Shown here: in pieces, positions 9,633-18,983 of the stretch | Position numbering within the stretch: position 1 is the first letter of the stretch | Layout of the letters: each line of letters opens with the position of its first letter | From: Jatrophihabitans sp. | GTDB taxonomy: Bacteria; Actinomycetota; Actinomycetes; Mycobacteriales; Jatrophihabitantaceae | Length of the DNA: 64,000 nucleotides | NCBI GenBank assembly: GCA_036261575.1 | Contig: DATAKO010000049.1 | Location: 40-64,039, forward strand | Direction of reading: 5' to 3' | Made by a program: the position numbers and the translations under genes | Notes under the pieces: model-generated | What the model was told of the DNA's origin: nothing | The model's database searches: none | Seen by the model: only the letters and a program-made list of their open reading frames with translations

Positions 9633-9925
9633 CCGGGTTCTGGACCATCGACCTGCTGTGCCTGCTGATGATCCTGCTGTCGGCGGTGCTGGTACTGACC
9701 CTGCGCAACCGGGTCGCCTCGGTGCTGGCGCTGTCCGGGCTCGGCACCGGGCTGGGGCTGCTGTTCGTGGTGCTGGCCGCCCCGGATGTCGCGCACGCCG
9801 AGATCATCGTCGGCACCATCGCCACCCCGACGCTGTACCTGATCGCGATCAGCAAGCTGCGGGCCGATGTGCCGGAGTCGGGCGAGCTCGGTGAACCGGC
9901 GGCGACCGACGAGCCGGCGTCATGA
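9629..9925 (+). CDS. DUF4040 / MbhD-like small membrane subunit
   Basis: LAAPDVAHAE motif (APDVA-x-E), three TM helices; ATGA overlap. Confidence 0.82.
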   Translation: MTGFWTIDLLCLLMILLSAVLVLTLRNRVASVLALSGLGTGLGLLFVVLAAPDVAHAEIIVGTIATPTLYLIAISKLRADVPESGELGEPAATDEPAS

Positions 9926-10869
9926 CCGGCAGCGAGGTACCGCACCGGGCACACCGGCCGGTGCTGGCGGCGCTGCTCGCCGTTGCTCTGCTGGTGCTGC
10001 TCTCGCTGGGCGTCGGTAGCCTGCCCGGGGAAGCGGCCGCGCTACCGGCGATCGCCCGGCACGCCATGCAGATCGCGCTTCCGCGCTGGGGACAGGCCGA
10101 GGTGGTCAGCGAGATCGTCTATGGCAGCAGGGGATTCGACACGTTCGGAGAGACGTTCCTGCTGCTGGCCGCAGTGCTGTCGGTGACGGTGCTTGCCCGC
10201 TCCAAGGAGCCGCGCGCCGAGTACGTCGGGGAGTCGACGGCAGGCCGTCGCGAGCAGCGGGAGATCGACCCGGAGCAGGCCCCGGACCGACGCGAGGCGC
10301 AGGCGCAGTCGGCCGAGCGCGATGAGGATGACGAGGAGGCCGCCCCGGCTGCGCCGCCGCCGGATGCGGATCGGATGCGGCTGGCGGCGCGCGCGCCGGA
10401 GCCGGCTGAGGCGATGACCGTGGTCCTGCGGGTCACCGCCCGGATCGCTGCGGTTTTCCTGGCGGTCGCGGCGATCTACCTGGCGGCCTGGGGTTACAGT
10501 CCCGGCGGCGGCTTCCCTGCCGGGGCGGGCCTCGCCGGTGTGGTCATCCTGCTCTACGCCGCGCTCGGCCACCGACGGCTCAGCGGGCTGGTTCGGCCGA
10601 GCGTGCTCGAACCGGTCGAGCTGGGCGGGGCAGTGCTGATCGTCGGCGTCGGTCTCGGCGGCCTGATCGCGCACGGCTCGCTCTTCGCCAATTTCCTGCC
10701 GCTGGCCGCGCCGCAGACCATCCTGGCCGGTGGCGATGAGCAGCTGTACTCCGGAGCCGAGCTGGTCGAGGTCGGCACCGGGCTGGTGATAGCGGTGTTC
10801 AGCCTGCTGGGCCTCGGCCACGACTGGGTGCCGGACGACGACAGCGACCGTGGAGCGCAGGACCAGTGA
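9922..10869 (+). CDS. mrpB: MrpB/MnhB-domain subunit (MbhE+MbhF-like fusion)
   Basis: EIVYGSRGFDTFGE and GYSPGGGFPAG motifs separated by a long hydrophilic linker. Confidence 0.82.
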   Translation: MTGSEVPHRAHRPVLAALLAVALLVLLSLGVGSLPGEAAALPAIARHAMQIALPRWGQAEVVSEIVYGSRGFDTFGETFLLLAAVLSVTVLARSKEPRAEYVGESTAGRREQREIDPEQAPDRREAQAQSAERDEDDEEAAPAAPPPDADRMRLAARAPEPAEAMTVVLRVTARIAAVFLAVAAIYLAAWGYSPGGGFPAGAGLAGVVILLYAALGHRRLSGLVRPSVLEPVELGGAVLIVGVGLGGLIAHGSLFANFLPLAAPQTILAGGDEQLYSGAELVEVGTGLVIAVFSLLGLGHDWVPDDDSDRGAQDQ

Positions 10870-11234
10870 TCATCTGCAATTACCTCGCTGCGGCAACGCT
10901 GTTCTGCCTCGGCCTGCTGGCGATCATGCTGCACCGGGACCTGGTGAAGATCGTGCTCGGGCTGTCGCTGATGGAGGGGGCCGGCTACCTGTTGCTGGTG
11001 TCTATGGCCTACCGGCGCGACGCAACCGCGCCGGTGCTGTCCTCCCCGCCGCCTGGCACCAGCGCCGCCGAGTTGGTGCGCGGCCGGGTCAGCGATCCGG
11101 TGCTGCAGAACTTCTGCTTGACCGCCATCGTCATCGGTGTCGCGGTCACCGCGGTCTTTCTGACCGTCGCGGTGCGGGCCGGCCAGCATTACCGCACCCT
11201 GGACGCCGACAAACTGACCGAGCTGCAGGGCTGA
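10866..11234 (+). CDS. mrpC: Na+/H+ antiporter subunit C
   Basis: RDLVKIVLGL, DPVLQNFCLTAIVIGVAVT, final ELQG. Confidence 0.9.
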   Translation: MIICNYLAAATLFCLGLLAIMLHRDLVKIVLGLSLMEGAGYLLLVSMAYRRDATAPVLSSPPPGTSAAELVRGRVSDPVLQNFCLTAIVIGVAVTAVFLTVAVRAGQHYRTLDADKLTELQG

Positions 11235-11236
11235 GC

Positions 11237-12979
11237 TTGACTGCCGCCGGGCTGCTGCCGCTGGCCGTGCTGGCCCCGCTCGTCGGCGGTGCGATCAGCC
11301 CGCTGCTGGCCCGCTGGCATCGCCGGCTGCCGCTGCTGGCTGGGCTGGTGGCGGTGACCGGCGCGCTGGCGCTGCTGCTGGTGCTGGCCGTCCGGGTCTA
11401 TCGGCACGGGCCGCTCACGCACTTCTTCTCCGGTGAACGTCCGGTGGCCGGCCAGGCACTGGGCATCGCCTTCACCGCAGATCCGTTCGGCATGGTGGTG
11501 GCCATCACCTCCGCTTTCATCGGGCTGATCCTGCTGGTGTCGCTGCTGTCGGAATTCGGCGAGGTCGGCCGGCGGGAGGTGGGTGGCCTGGCCGGACTGG
11601 TGCAACTGCTGCTCGCGGCGCTGATCGCCGCGGCGCTCACCGCCGACCTGATCAATCTGTTCGTCTGGTTCGAGGTGGCGGCGCTGGCCAGTTACGGGCT
11701 GACCGGCTTCCTGCTCGAGCGGCCGATCGCCCTGGAAGCCGCCTTCAAGCTGCTGGTGCTGACCTCCACCGGTGGCTTTGCCGTGTTCATCGGTGCGGCC
11801 ATGCTCTACGACAGCTACGGCGCGCTCAACCTCGGCCAGCTGCACATTGCACTGGGAGCGGGGGTGAACCGGTCGGGCCTGGTTGCCGGTGCGCTGCTGG
11901 TGGGCGGCTTTGCGGTGAAGGCCGGCCTGGTTCCCTTCCACGCCTGGCTGCCCGATGCGCACACCCCCGTGCCCGGTGCCATTTCCGCCCTCTTCTCCGG
12001 GCTGATGGTCAATCTAGGCGCGGTCGGCCTGGTCAGGCTCGCGGTGCTGGTGTACCCGCTTCGCCCCGGCCACCACCTGCTCGGGCTGCTCATGGGGTTC
12101 GGCCTTGCCTCGGCGCTGCTCGGTGCACTACTGGCGCTGGTGCAGGACGATCTGAAGCGGCTGCTGGCCTGGGACACCGTGTCCCAGATCGGCTTGCTGC
12201 TGCTGGGCTTTGCCAGCCACACGCAGGATGGCATGGCCGGAGCCACCTTTCACCTGATCAATCACGCGCTGTTCAAGACGTTGCTCTTTCTGTGTGCGGG
12301 AGCCGTGGTGCACGCCACCGGCGCGACCTCGCTGTCGCAGATGGGTGGCCTGCTGCAGCGGCGGCCGCTGCTTGCCTGCTCCTTCGTGCTGGCGGTGCTG
12401 GCCATCTCCGGGGTTCCCGGCTTCAACGGCTACGTCTCGCTCGACCTCATTCACCGCGGACTGCAGTCGACACCGGTGCTGGAATGGTTCGCCCGGCTGG
12501 CACAGGTGATCACCGTCGCCGCGCTGAGCCGGGGCGCCTACCTCGGCTTCCTCCGCCGCCGCCCGGACGAGTACGACCGGCTGGATACACCGCGGCTGGG
12601 CATGCGGATCAGCTTGCTCAGCCTGGCCACCATCTGCCTGGGGTTCGGCGTATTCGGCCGGCTGCTGGTGACCCGGGTGGCCGCACCGGCCGCCGCGGTG
12701 CTCGGCCGGCCGGATTACTACGCTCGAGCAGCGCTGGGGCTGCCGACCGGGCCGCTGCCCGGCAGTCCCGTCGAGTTCCACTACTTCGCGCCGGGCACGC
12801 TGCTGCCGGCGCTGGTCGAGATCGCGCTCGGGTTGCTGCTGGCCGCCGTCGCCGTCCGCTGGGCCGCCCCGATCCGGCCGATCGGCTGGCTGCAGCGGCT
12901 GCACACCGGCTCGGTGAACGACTATGCCATGTGCGTGACGGCCGGATTTCTGATCACCGGCTGTGTGCTTCTGCTGTAG
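11237..12979 (+). CDS. mrpD: Na+/H+ antiporter subunit D (complex I NuoL/M/N-like)
   Basis: DLINLFVWFEV, KAGLVPFHAWLPDAH, DDLKRLLA, HLINHALFK, SQMGGL, GVPGFNG; TTG start inferred 2 nt after mrpC stop. Confidence 0.9.
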   Translation: MTAAGLLPLAVLAPLVGGAISPLLARWHRRLPLLAGLVAVTGALALLLVLAVRVYRHGPLTHFFSGERPVAGQALGIAFTADPFGMVVAITSAFIGLILLVSLLSEFGEVGRREVGGLAGLVQLLLAALIAAALTADLINLFVWFEVAALASYGLTGFLLERPIALEAAFKLLVLTSTGGFAVFIGAAMLYDSYGALNLGQLHIALGAGVNRSGLVAGALLVGGFAVKAGLVPFHAWLPDAHTPVPGAISALFSGLMVNLGAVGLVRLAVLVYPLRPGHHLLGLLMGFGLASALLGALLALVQDDLKRLLAWDTVSQIGLLLLGFASHTQDGMAGATFHLINHALFKTLLFLCAGAVVHATGATSLSQMGGLLQRRPLLACSFVLAVLAISGVPGFNGYVSLDLIHRGLQSTPVLEWFARLAQVITVAALSRGAYLGFLRRRPDEYDRLDTPRLGMRISLLSLATICLGFGVFGRLLVTRVAAPAAAVLGRPDYYARAALGLPTGPLPGSPVEFHYFAPGTLLPALVEIALGLLLAAVAVRWAAPIRPIGWLQRLHTGSVNDYAMCVTAGFLITGCVLLL

Positions 12980-13052
12980 CCGACCGGGCACGGTGCGCCC
13001 AGCCCGCGCATGCGTCGGGTATCCCGGCGCGCCGAGTGCCCATTCCTGCTCG

Positions 13053-13058
13053 TATAAT
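13053..13058 (+). promoter_or_regulatory. TATAAT -10 hexamer, probable leaderless promoter
   Basis: Perfect TATAAT in GC-rich background, 8 nt before GTG at 13067, no RBS. Confidence 0.65.
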
Positions 13059-13066
13059 TTGCGTCC

Positions 13067-13840
13067 GTGATGTCGAACGATGGCGTCGCCGACCGCGCTG
13101 CGAAATCCGATCCGCCGCCCACCCTCGAAGCTGCACGTGCAGTTGACCCCGGCACCCCGGAACCATCGGTCGCGCGGGTGCTCAGCCGGCTGGCCCGGCG
13201 GCTGCAGGGCGAGCAGGATCAGGATGCGTTGCTGGGCGCCATCGCCGACGCTGCCGTGTTCAACGTCAGCGGCGCCGAGTGGGCCGGCATCAGCGTGCGA
13301 TCCGACCGGGCCGGCTTGATCACCCGGGCTGCCACCGACCCGGTGGTGCCGGCAATCGATGAGGCACAGCTGACGCTGGGCGAGGGGCCCGGGCTCGACG
13401 CGGCTCGCCGGCGACACACCATCCGCAGCGCCGACCTGGTTGCTGAGCGCCGCTGGCCCCGCTTCGCCCCGCAGGCGCTCGGGCTCGGCGTGCGCTCGCT
13501 GCTGTCGCTGGAGTTGTTCGGCGCGCGCCGCCGCTTCGGCGCGCTGAACGTCTACAGCGGGCAGCCGAACGCCTTCGACGAGCCGGCGGAAGCGGCGGCA
13601 TTGCTGCTGGCAGCGCATGCTGCGCTGGCCATCGGCGCCCAGCAGACCCGCTCGACGCTCAGCCACGCCCTGGATATCCGCGACGTCGTCGGGCAGGCCA
13701 AAGGCATCCTGATGGAGCGCTACCGGATCGGCAACCAGGAGGCCTTCGAGCTGCTGTCGACCTCGTCGCAGAACACCAACCGCCGGCTGGTCGAGGTGGC
13801 CGACGAGCTGATCCGTACCGGGCAACTGCCGCTGCCCTGA
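13067..13840 (+). CDS. GAF and ANTAR domain protein
   Basis: GEGPGLDAA GAF motif, ALDIRDVVGQAKGILMERY...AFELLSTSSQNTNRRLVEVA ANTAR. Confidence 0.92.
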   Translation: MMSNDGVADRAAKSDPPPTLEAARAVDPGTPEPSVARVLSRLARRLQGEQDQDALLGAIADAAVFNVSGAEWAGISVRSDRAGLITRAATDPVVPAIDEAQLTLGEGPGLDAARRRHTIRSADLVAERRWPRFAPQALGLGVRSLLSLELFGARRRFGALNVYSGQPNAFDEPAEAAALLLAAHAALAIGAQQTRSTLSHALDIRDVVGQAKGILMERYRIGNQEAFELLSTSSQNTNRRLVEVADELIRTGQLPLP

Positions 13841-13976
13841 GTCGACCACCTGCCGTGGCCGAGGGGTGCCGGGGAAGGCCGGCGTGGAGGGTGGCCGGTG
13901 GCGCGTCGAACCGGGGCGGTAATTTACCTGCACCGGTCGGATGACAGCGCCCGATCGACGACGTCAAGGAAACAGG

Positions 13977-14294
13977 ATGGAACTTCTCGTTGAGGTCGAC
14001 GACTCCTCGGCCGACGAATCCGTGATCACGCTGACCGGCTCGCTGGACCTGGCCAGTCGTGGACAGCTGATCGAGGCGGCCGGTGCCGCCATCGATGCCG
14101 GCCGCGGCCTGGTGCTGGATCTGGCCGAGCTGACCTTTCTCGACTCCACCGGCATCGGCGCGCTGGTCGAGGCGGCCGGCATGGCAGCCGATGCCGAGCA
14201 GCGATTCCGGCTACGCAACCCGTCAGCCCGGGTCGCGCGGGTGCTGGAGCTGACCGGCATGTCAGAGCAGTGGCAGATCGAAACCACCGGCTGA
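13977..14294 (+). CDS. STAS domain anti-sigma factor antagonist
   Basis: GSLDL, LVLDLAELTFLDSTGI (phospho-Ser motif), RVLELTG. Confidence 0.9.
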   Translation: MELLVEVDDSSADESVITLTGSLDLASRGQLIEAAGAAIDAGRGLVLDLAELTFLDSTGIGALVEAAGMAADAEQRFRLRNPSARVARVLELTGMSEQWQIETTG

Positions 14295-14327
14295 ATCGCG
14301 CGCGAACCGCAGGAAAGGACGCCGGCT

Positions 14328-14714
14328 GTGTCGGACTTCATCACCATCGAGCTGCCCCCGGAACCGTCGGCGGTGATCCTGGCCAGGCAGTTCGTGGCCG
14401 AGCACGCCGGGGACCTGCCGGAGGACCGCAAGTTCGACGCCGAGTTGCTGGTGTCGGAACTGGTCGCGAACGCGGTCCAGCACGGCCAGCCCGACATCCG
14501 GCTGTCGGTCAGCCCGGACCCGCCCGGCATCTGGGTGCAGGTCAGCGATGAGGGCGACTACCTGCCCCAGCTGCCCGACCGGGCACCGGATTCGCGCCAG
14601 CCCAACGGCCGCGGGCTGCGGCTGGTGGATGCGATCGCGGACTCCTGGGGGGTCAAGCCCGCCGACTCGCCACCCGGCAAGACGGTCTGGTTCGAGATCC
14701 GCATCAGCAGCTGA
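14328..14714 (+). CDS. Anti-sigma factor / serine kinase (RsbW-like HATPase)
   Basis: ELLVSELVANAVQHG N-box, VSDEG, GRGLRLVDA, GKTVWFE; GAAAGGA RBS. Confidence 0.9.
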   Translation: MSDFITIELPPEPSAVILARQFVAEHAGDLPEDRKFDAELLVSELVANAVQHGQPDIRLSVSPDPPGIWVQVSDEGDYLPQLPDRAPDSRQPNGRGLRLVDAIADSWGVKPADSPPGKTVWFEIRISS

Positions 14715-14748
14715 CCGGTCCCGACGCGTGGGTAGCGATCGGGCGGGG

Positions 14749-15147
14749 CTAGTTGCCGGCGGTGCAGTCGGCGTCGGCCGGTTCCAGGCAGGGCAGCAAC
14801 GAGCTCAGCCCGGTCAGCTCGAGCAGTGAACGCAGCCGGGGCGAGGCGCCGTCCAGGTAGACCCGCACGCCGCGGGATTCGGCGTAGTTGCTGACCTGAA
14901 CCAGTCCGCCCAGGCCGGAGGAGTCGACGAAACCGACCCTGGTGACGTCGAGGACCAGGCTATCCACCGCGCCGGCCGCCGCCGAGTCGATGCTGGACTC
15001 CGCGGCGCCCCCGGCTGCCACCGGAGCGGCTGTGTCGCTGGCCGTGCCGCGCAGCGCCAGGTGCGCGATCTCTACGGCAACCCGGGCCGAGGTCATGTCC
15101 AGGTTGCCGGACAGCTCAGCACGAACCGTCCGTCCCAAATCCGTCAC
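14749..15147 (-). CDS. STAS domain anti-sigma factor antagonist
   Basis: LSGNLDM, LVLDVTRVGFVDSSGLG, LLELTGL; GTG start after GAAAGGG RBS. Confidence 0.85.
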   Translation of the reverse strand: MTDLGRTVRAELSGNLDMTSARVAVEIAHLALRGTASDTAAPVAAGGAAESSIDSAAAGAVDSLVLDVTRVGFVDSSGLGGLVQVSNYAESRGVRVYLDGASPRLRSLLELTGLSSLLPCLEPADADCTAGN

Positions 15148-15272
15148 GTGGGCAGCCCTTTCCGGCAAGAATCAGCACGGCGTGCTGACGGCGGGCCCTG
15201 CTCTGTTTGCCCGCTGCTGGCCGTGGCGTCGTGGATGCGCCACCGGCTTCCGGGATAGGCCGCCCCTCACCA

Positions 15273-15280
15273 TATGCTCT
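15273..15280 (+). promoter_or_regulatory. TATGCT(CT) -10 element, probable leaderless promoter
   Basis: TAnnnT hexamer 6 nt before ATG 15285; same TATGCTCT at the same spacing upstream of paralog at 20634. Confidence 0.55.
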
Positions 15281-15284
15281 GGTG

Positions 15285-17159
15285 ATGACGTCGATTGACC
15301 CGGTCCGGCTTCCGGCCACCCCAGGCACCGCCGCCAGGCTCGGGATCGACGACCCGGCGCGGCTGCTGGCCGTGCGCGACACGGGCCTGCTCGACACCGA
15401 TCCGGAGCAGATCTTCGACGGCTTGACCGAGCTCGCCGCCTCCGTGTTGAACGCCCCGTACGCACTCGTCACGCTGGTCGACGACCGGCGCTCGTTCTGG
15501 AAGAGCCGGTCCGGCGTCGCCGACCCCGAGCTGATGCAGAGCGCGATCGAGGATTCGTTCTGCCAGTACGTCGTGTCCAGCGGGCAGCCGCTGATCGTCG
15601 GCGATGCCGCCACCGATCCGCTGACCGCCGGCAATCCCGCCATCTCCCAGCTCGGCGTGGCGGCCTGGGCCGGCTTCCCGCTGCGCTCGGCCCAGGGTCA
15701 CACGCTGGGCACCTTCTGCGTGGTGGACACCCGGGTGCGCGAGTGGACCGGCCGCGAGGTGGAGATCCTGCGGGTGCTGGCCGATGCGGCCAACCGGGAG
15801 ATCTCCCTGCGGCAGTCGATGGCCGATGCGGAGCTGGCCAACGCCAAGCTCAGCCTGCTGGTGGAAGCCGGCCAGCTGCTGGCCGAGACCACCGACCTGC
15901 CGGTATCGCTGGAGCGGCTCACCCATCTCGTCGTGCCGCTGCTCGGCGACTGGTGCGTCATCTCGGTCGTGGATGAGGACGGCCATCTTGCCGACCGGGG
16001 CTGGTGGCATCACGACGAGGCCAGCCGCGAGCTGGTGAGCCGATTCGTGGGCAACCGGCTGGTCGGGCTGAACGAGGACGGCGCCACCAACCGGGCGCGG
16101 CTCAGCAAGCGTCCGGTCATCGTCGAATCGGGTGCGCTGGAGGCAGGTCTGGCGGTGCTGCGCTCGCCGGAGGCGCGCGCCGCCTACCAGCAGCTGGCGC
16201 CGGTGTCCTACGCCGTTTTCCCCATGACCGCAGGCAATCGGGTGAACGGCGTGCTGGCCATCCTGCGCGACGGCTCCCGGCCGCCGATGACCCCGGTTGC
16301 CATCGAGGTGGCCAGCGGCGTTGCCCAGCGCGCCGGACTGGCGCTGGAGAACGCCCGGCTGTTCGAGGCGCAGCGGGTCGCCGTCGAACACCTGGCGATG
16401 GCCAACGCGCGCATCGTGGCGACCGCCAAGCATGACCGGATCGTCGCCCGCGCGCTGCAGGACGCCTTGCTGCCCAACCTGATCGACTCCGATGAGCTGG
16501 AGCTCAGCGCGCGCTACCTGACCGCGGACGGCGCGGATCAGGTCGGCGGCGACTTCTACGACGTGATCGTCACCGACGGCGGGGCCACCAGCCTGGTGAT
16601 CGGCGACGTCAGCGGCCACGACATCGGCGCCGCGGCGGAGATGGGCCGGATCACCAACATGCTGCGGGCGATGCTGTGGCAGCAGCCGGAAGGATCGCCG
16701 GCAGAGGTGCTGGCCCAGCTCGACCGGGCGATGCGCGATTTCGACGTGCGCACCATGAGCACCGCCGCACTGGTACACATCGAAGGGCCGAACGGCACCG
16801 GGCACCGGGCCGTCCGCTGGTCGAACGCCGGCCACCTGCCACCGATGCTGGTGCAGTCAGACGGCACGGTGCGGGCGTTGACCGGCCGGCCGGACCGGCC
16901 GCTTGCGGTGGATCCGCGCGGCGCCCGGCACGATCACCAGGACGTCATGCCGGTGGATGCGACCCTGCTGGTCTACACCGATGGCCTGGTCGAGACTCCC
17001 CAGCGGGACGTCGATACCGGGTTGGAGCAGCTTCGCCAGTACCTGCAAGCACATTGCGGGGACCCGTTGGAATCGCTGGTGGACGGCGTGCTGAGCGAGT
17101 TGATCGCTGATCAGCCGACCGACGACGTCGCCGTGGTGGCGCTGCGGCTGCGGCAGTAG
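15285..17159 (+). CDS. GAF-GAF-SpoIIE (PP2C) phosphatase, RsbU/RsbP-like
   Basis: LLDTDPEQIFD...SFCQYVV GAF; VGGDFYD, IGDVSGHD, NAGHLPP, YTDGLVE, DDVAVV PP2C motifs. Confidence 0.92.
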   Translation: MTSIDPVRLPATPGTAARLGIDDPARLLAVRDTGLLDTDPEQIFDGLTELAASVLNAPYALVTLVDDRRSFWKSRSGVADPELMQSAIEDSFCQYVVSSGQPLIVGDAATDPLTAGNPAISQLGVAAWAGFPLRSAQGHTLGTFCVVDTRVREWTGREVEILRVLADAANREISLRQSMADAELANAKLSLLVEAGQLLAETTDLPVSLERLTHLVVPLLGDWCVISVVDEDGHLADRGWWHHDEASRELVSRFVGNRLVGLNEDGATNRARLSKRPVIVESGALEAGLAVLRSPEARAAYQQLAPVSYAVFPMTAGNRVNGVLAILRDGSRPPMTPVAIEVASGVAQRAGLALENARLFEAQRVAVEHLAMANARIVATAKHDRIVARALQDALLPNLIDSDELELSARYLTADGADQVGGDFYDVIVTDGGATSLVIGDVSGHDIGAAAEMGRITNMLRAMLWQQPEGSPAEVLAQLDRAMRDFDVRTMSTAALVHIEGPNGTGHRAVRWSNAGHLPPMLVQSDGTVRALTGRPDRPLAVDPRGARHDHQDVMPVDATLLVYTDGLVETPQRDVDTGLEQLRQYLQAHCGDPLESLVDGVLSELIADQPTDDVAVVALRLRQ

Positions 17160-17232
17160 CCGCAGCGCCCGTCACCTGCGTGACCTGCCTGCTGCAGGTA
17201 TGGGACGGCGGGAATCTGGTTACGTTCGGAGT

Positions 17233-17958
17233 ATGTCCCTCTCCGAACTGATCCTGGTCCGGCACGGCGAGAGCACCGGAAACGTCGCCCGGGAGCGGGC
17301 ATTGGCCGACGGCGCCGAGATGATCTCGATCGACCGGCGCGACGCCGACGTGCCGCTCACCGAGCTGGGCTGCCAGCAGGCGATCGCATTCGGGGCGTGG
17401 CTGGCCGCGCGGCCGACCGACCGCCGGCCCGATGCGGTGTGGTGCTCGACCTACCTGCGGGCCCGGCACACCGCCGAACTCGCGCTGGACCGGGCCGGCC
17501 TGCCGTTGCCGATCACCCTGGACGAGCGGCTGCGTGACCGGGAGCTCGGCATGCTGGACCTGCTCACCGCGACCGGCATCAGCCGGCGATTTCCGGAGGA
17601 AGCCCGCCGGCGAGCGTGGCTGGGCAAGCTCTACTACCGGCCGCCCGGCGGTGAGTCCTGGGCTGACGTGGCACTGCGGCTGCGTTCCCTGCTGCGCGAG
17701 GTCGATCAGCCGGCCGGGCCGCGGCGGGCGCTGCTGGTATGCCACGACGCGGTCATCCTGTTGATGCGCTACATCTGCGAACAGTTCGATGAACAAAGCC
17801 TGTTCGCCACAGCCCGCGACGGCGCCATCGGCAACGCCACCGTCACCGTGCTGCGCCGTACCGATGACGGCTGGCAACCGGAGCTGGTGAATCACGACGA
17901 GCACCTGAGCACCCGGGCCACCGAACACCCAGGAGAGCGCGATGACTTCGGCAGCTGA
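17233..17958 (+). CDS. Histidine phosphatase (phosphoglycerate mutase-like)
   Basis: LVRHGES, LRDRELG, PGGESW, CHD motifs; GGAG RBS before ATG 17233. Confidence 0.9.
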   Translation: MSLSELILVRHGESTGNVARERALADGAEMISIDRRDADVPLTELGCQQAIAFGAWLAARPTDRRPDAVWCSTYLRARHTAELALDRAGLPLPITLDERLRDRELGMLDLLTATGISRRFPEEARRRAWLGKLYYRPPGGESWADVALRLRSLLREVDQPAGPRRALLVCHDAVILLMRYICEQFDEQSLFATARDGAIGNATVTVLRRTDDGWQPELVNHDEHLSTRATEHPGERDDFGS

Positions 17959-18832
17959 CATCGTCACCCCGGCCACGCTGCGCGACTGGCCGCTTCCCGA
18001 GCCCGGCGGCCACAAGAGTTCGCGCGGCCGGGTGCTGGTGATCGGTGGCGCGCGCACCGCACCCGGCGCCGCGCTGCTGGCCGGCCGGGCGGCGTTGCGC
18101 ACCGGCGCCGGGGTGCTCACCATCGCGCTGGCCGAAGCGGTCGCGTCGGCGGTCGGTGCTGCGCTGCCCGAAGCGGGATTGCTGTGGCTGGCCGAGCCGA
18201 TCGGCGCCGCGGCGGCGGAGGTCGTGGGCGACTGTGCCGCCGCGGCGGATGCGATCCTGATCGGACCAGGCCTGGACGATCCGGCTGCCACCGGACAGCT
18301 GCTCCAGCGGCTGCTGCCGGAGCTACCCTCGGACACCCCGGTGTTGCTGGACGCCTACGCGCTGGGCGCGCTGCGCGACCTCGACGCCGCGGTCACGGCC
18401 AGGCTGGCCGGCCGGTTGGTCCTGACCCCGAACCCCGCCGAGGCCGACTTCCTGCTGGCCCGAGACGGCGATGCGCAGAGCCAGGATGCACCCGGTGACC
18501 AGCTGGCCAGGCTGGGGCGGATCGCGGACCGATTCCAGGCGGTGGTCAGCTGCCAGAACCACATCGTGGCACCGACCGGAGACAGCTGGCGGGTGCCCGC
18601 CGGGCATGCCGGCCTGGGCACCTCCGGCAGCGGTGATGTGCTGGCCGGGGCCGTCACCGGTCTGATCGCACGCGGGGCGGACCTCGCGCAGGCCACCACC
18701 TGGGGCACGTTCCTGCACGCCCAGGCGGCCGAGCGGCTGTCCGGCGCCACCGGTCCGCTCGGCTTCCTCGCCGGAGAACTGGTGCAGCCGCTGCCAACCC
18801 TGCTGTCCGAGCTGACCGCCCGGTTGGCATGA
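17942..18832 (+). CDS. nnrD: ADP-dependent NAD(P)H-hydrate dehydratase (YjeF C-terminal only)
   Basis: HKSSRGRVLVIGG, GAALLAGRAALRTGAG, IGPGL, LTPN, GTSGSGDVLAG. Confidence 0.9.
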   Translation: MTSAADIVTPATLRDWPLPEPGGHKSSRGRVLVIGGARTAPGAALLAGRAALRTGAGVLTIALAEAVASAVGAALPEAGLLWLAEPIGAAAAEVVGDCAAAADAILIGPGLDDPAATGQLLQRLLPELPSDTPVLLDAYALGALRDLDAAVTARLAGRLVLTPNPAEADFLLARDGDAQSQDAPGDQLARLGRIADRFQAVVSCQNHIVAPTGDSWRVPAGHAGLGTSGSGDVLAGAVTGLIARGADLAQATTWGTFLHAQAAERLSGATGPLGFLAGELVQPLPTLLSELTARLA

Positions 18833-18983
18833 CCGCCGGCGCTATCTCGCGCTATATGCACGTATGTGCGTTTTGTGCAGGATCGGGTCTGTGACCGCGG
18901 CCGTTGAACCTGATAAGGGCCTTGGTGTGACTTCAGCCGGCGGTGCCGCTGCCGATAGGTTCCCTGCCTAGAAAGGGTCGATT

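Noticed and set aside
10850-11236. Upstream extension of mrpD given by the ORF track
   Set aside because: Overlaps mrpC entirely and is not membrane-like; TTG at 11237 fits better
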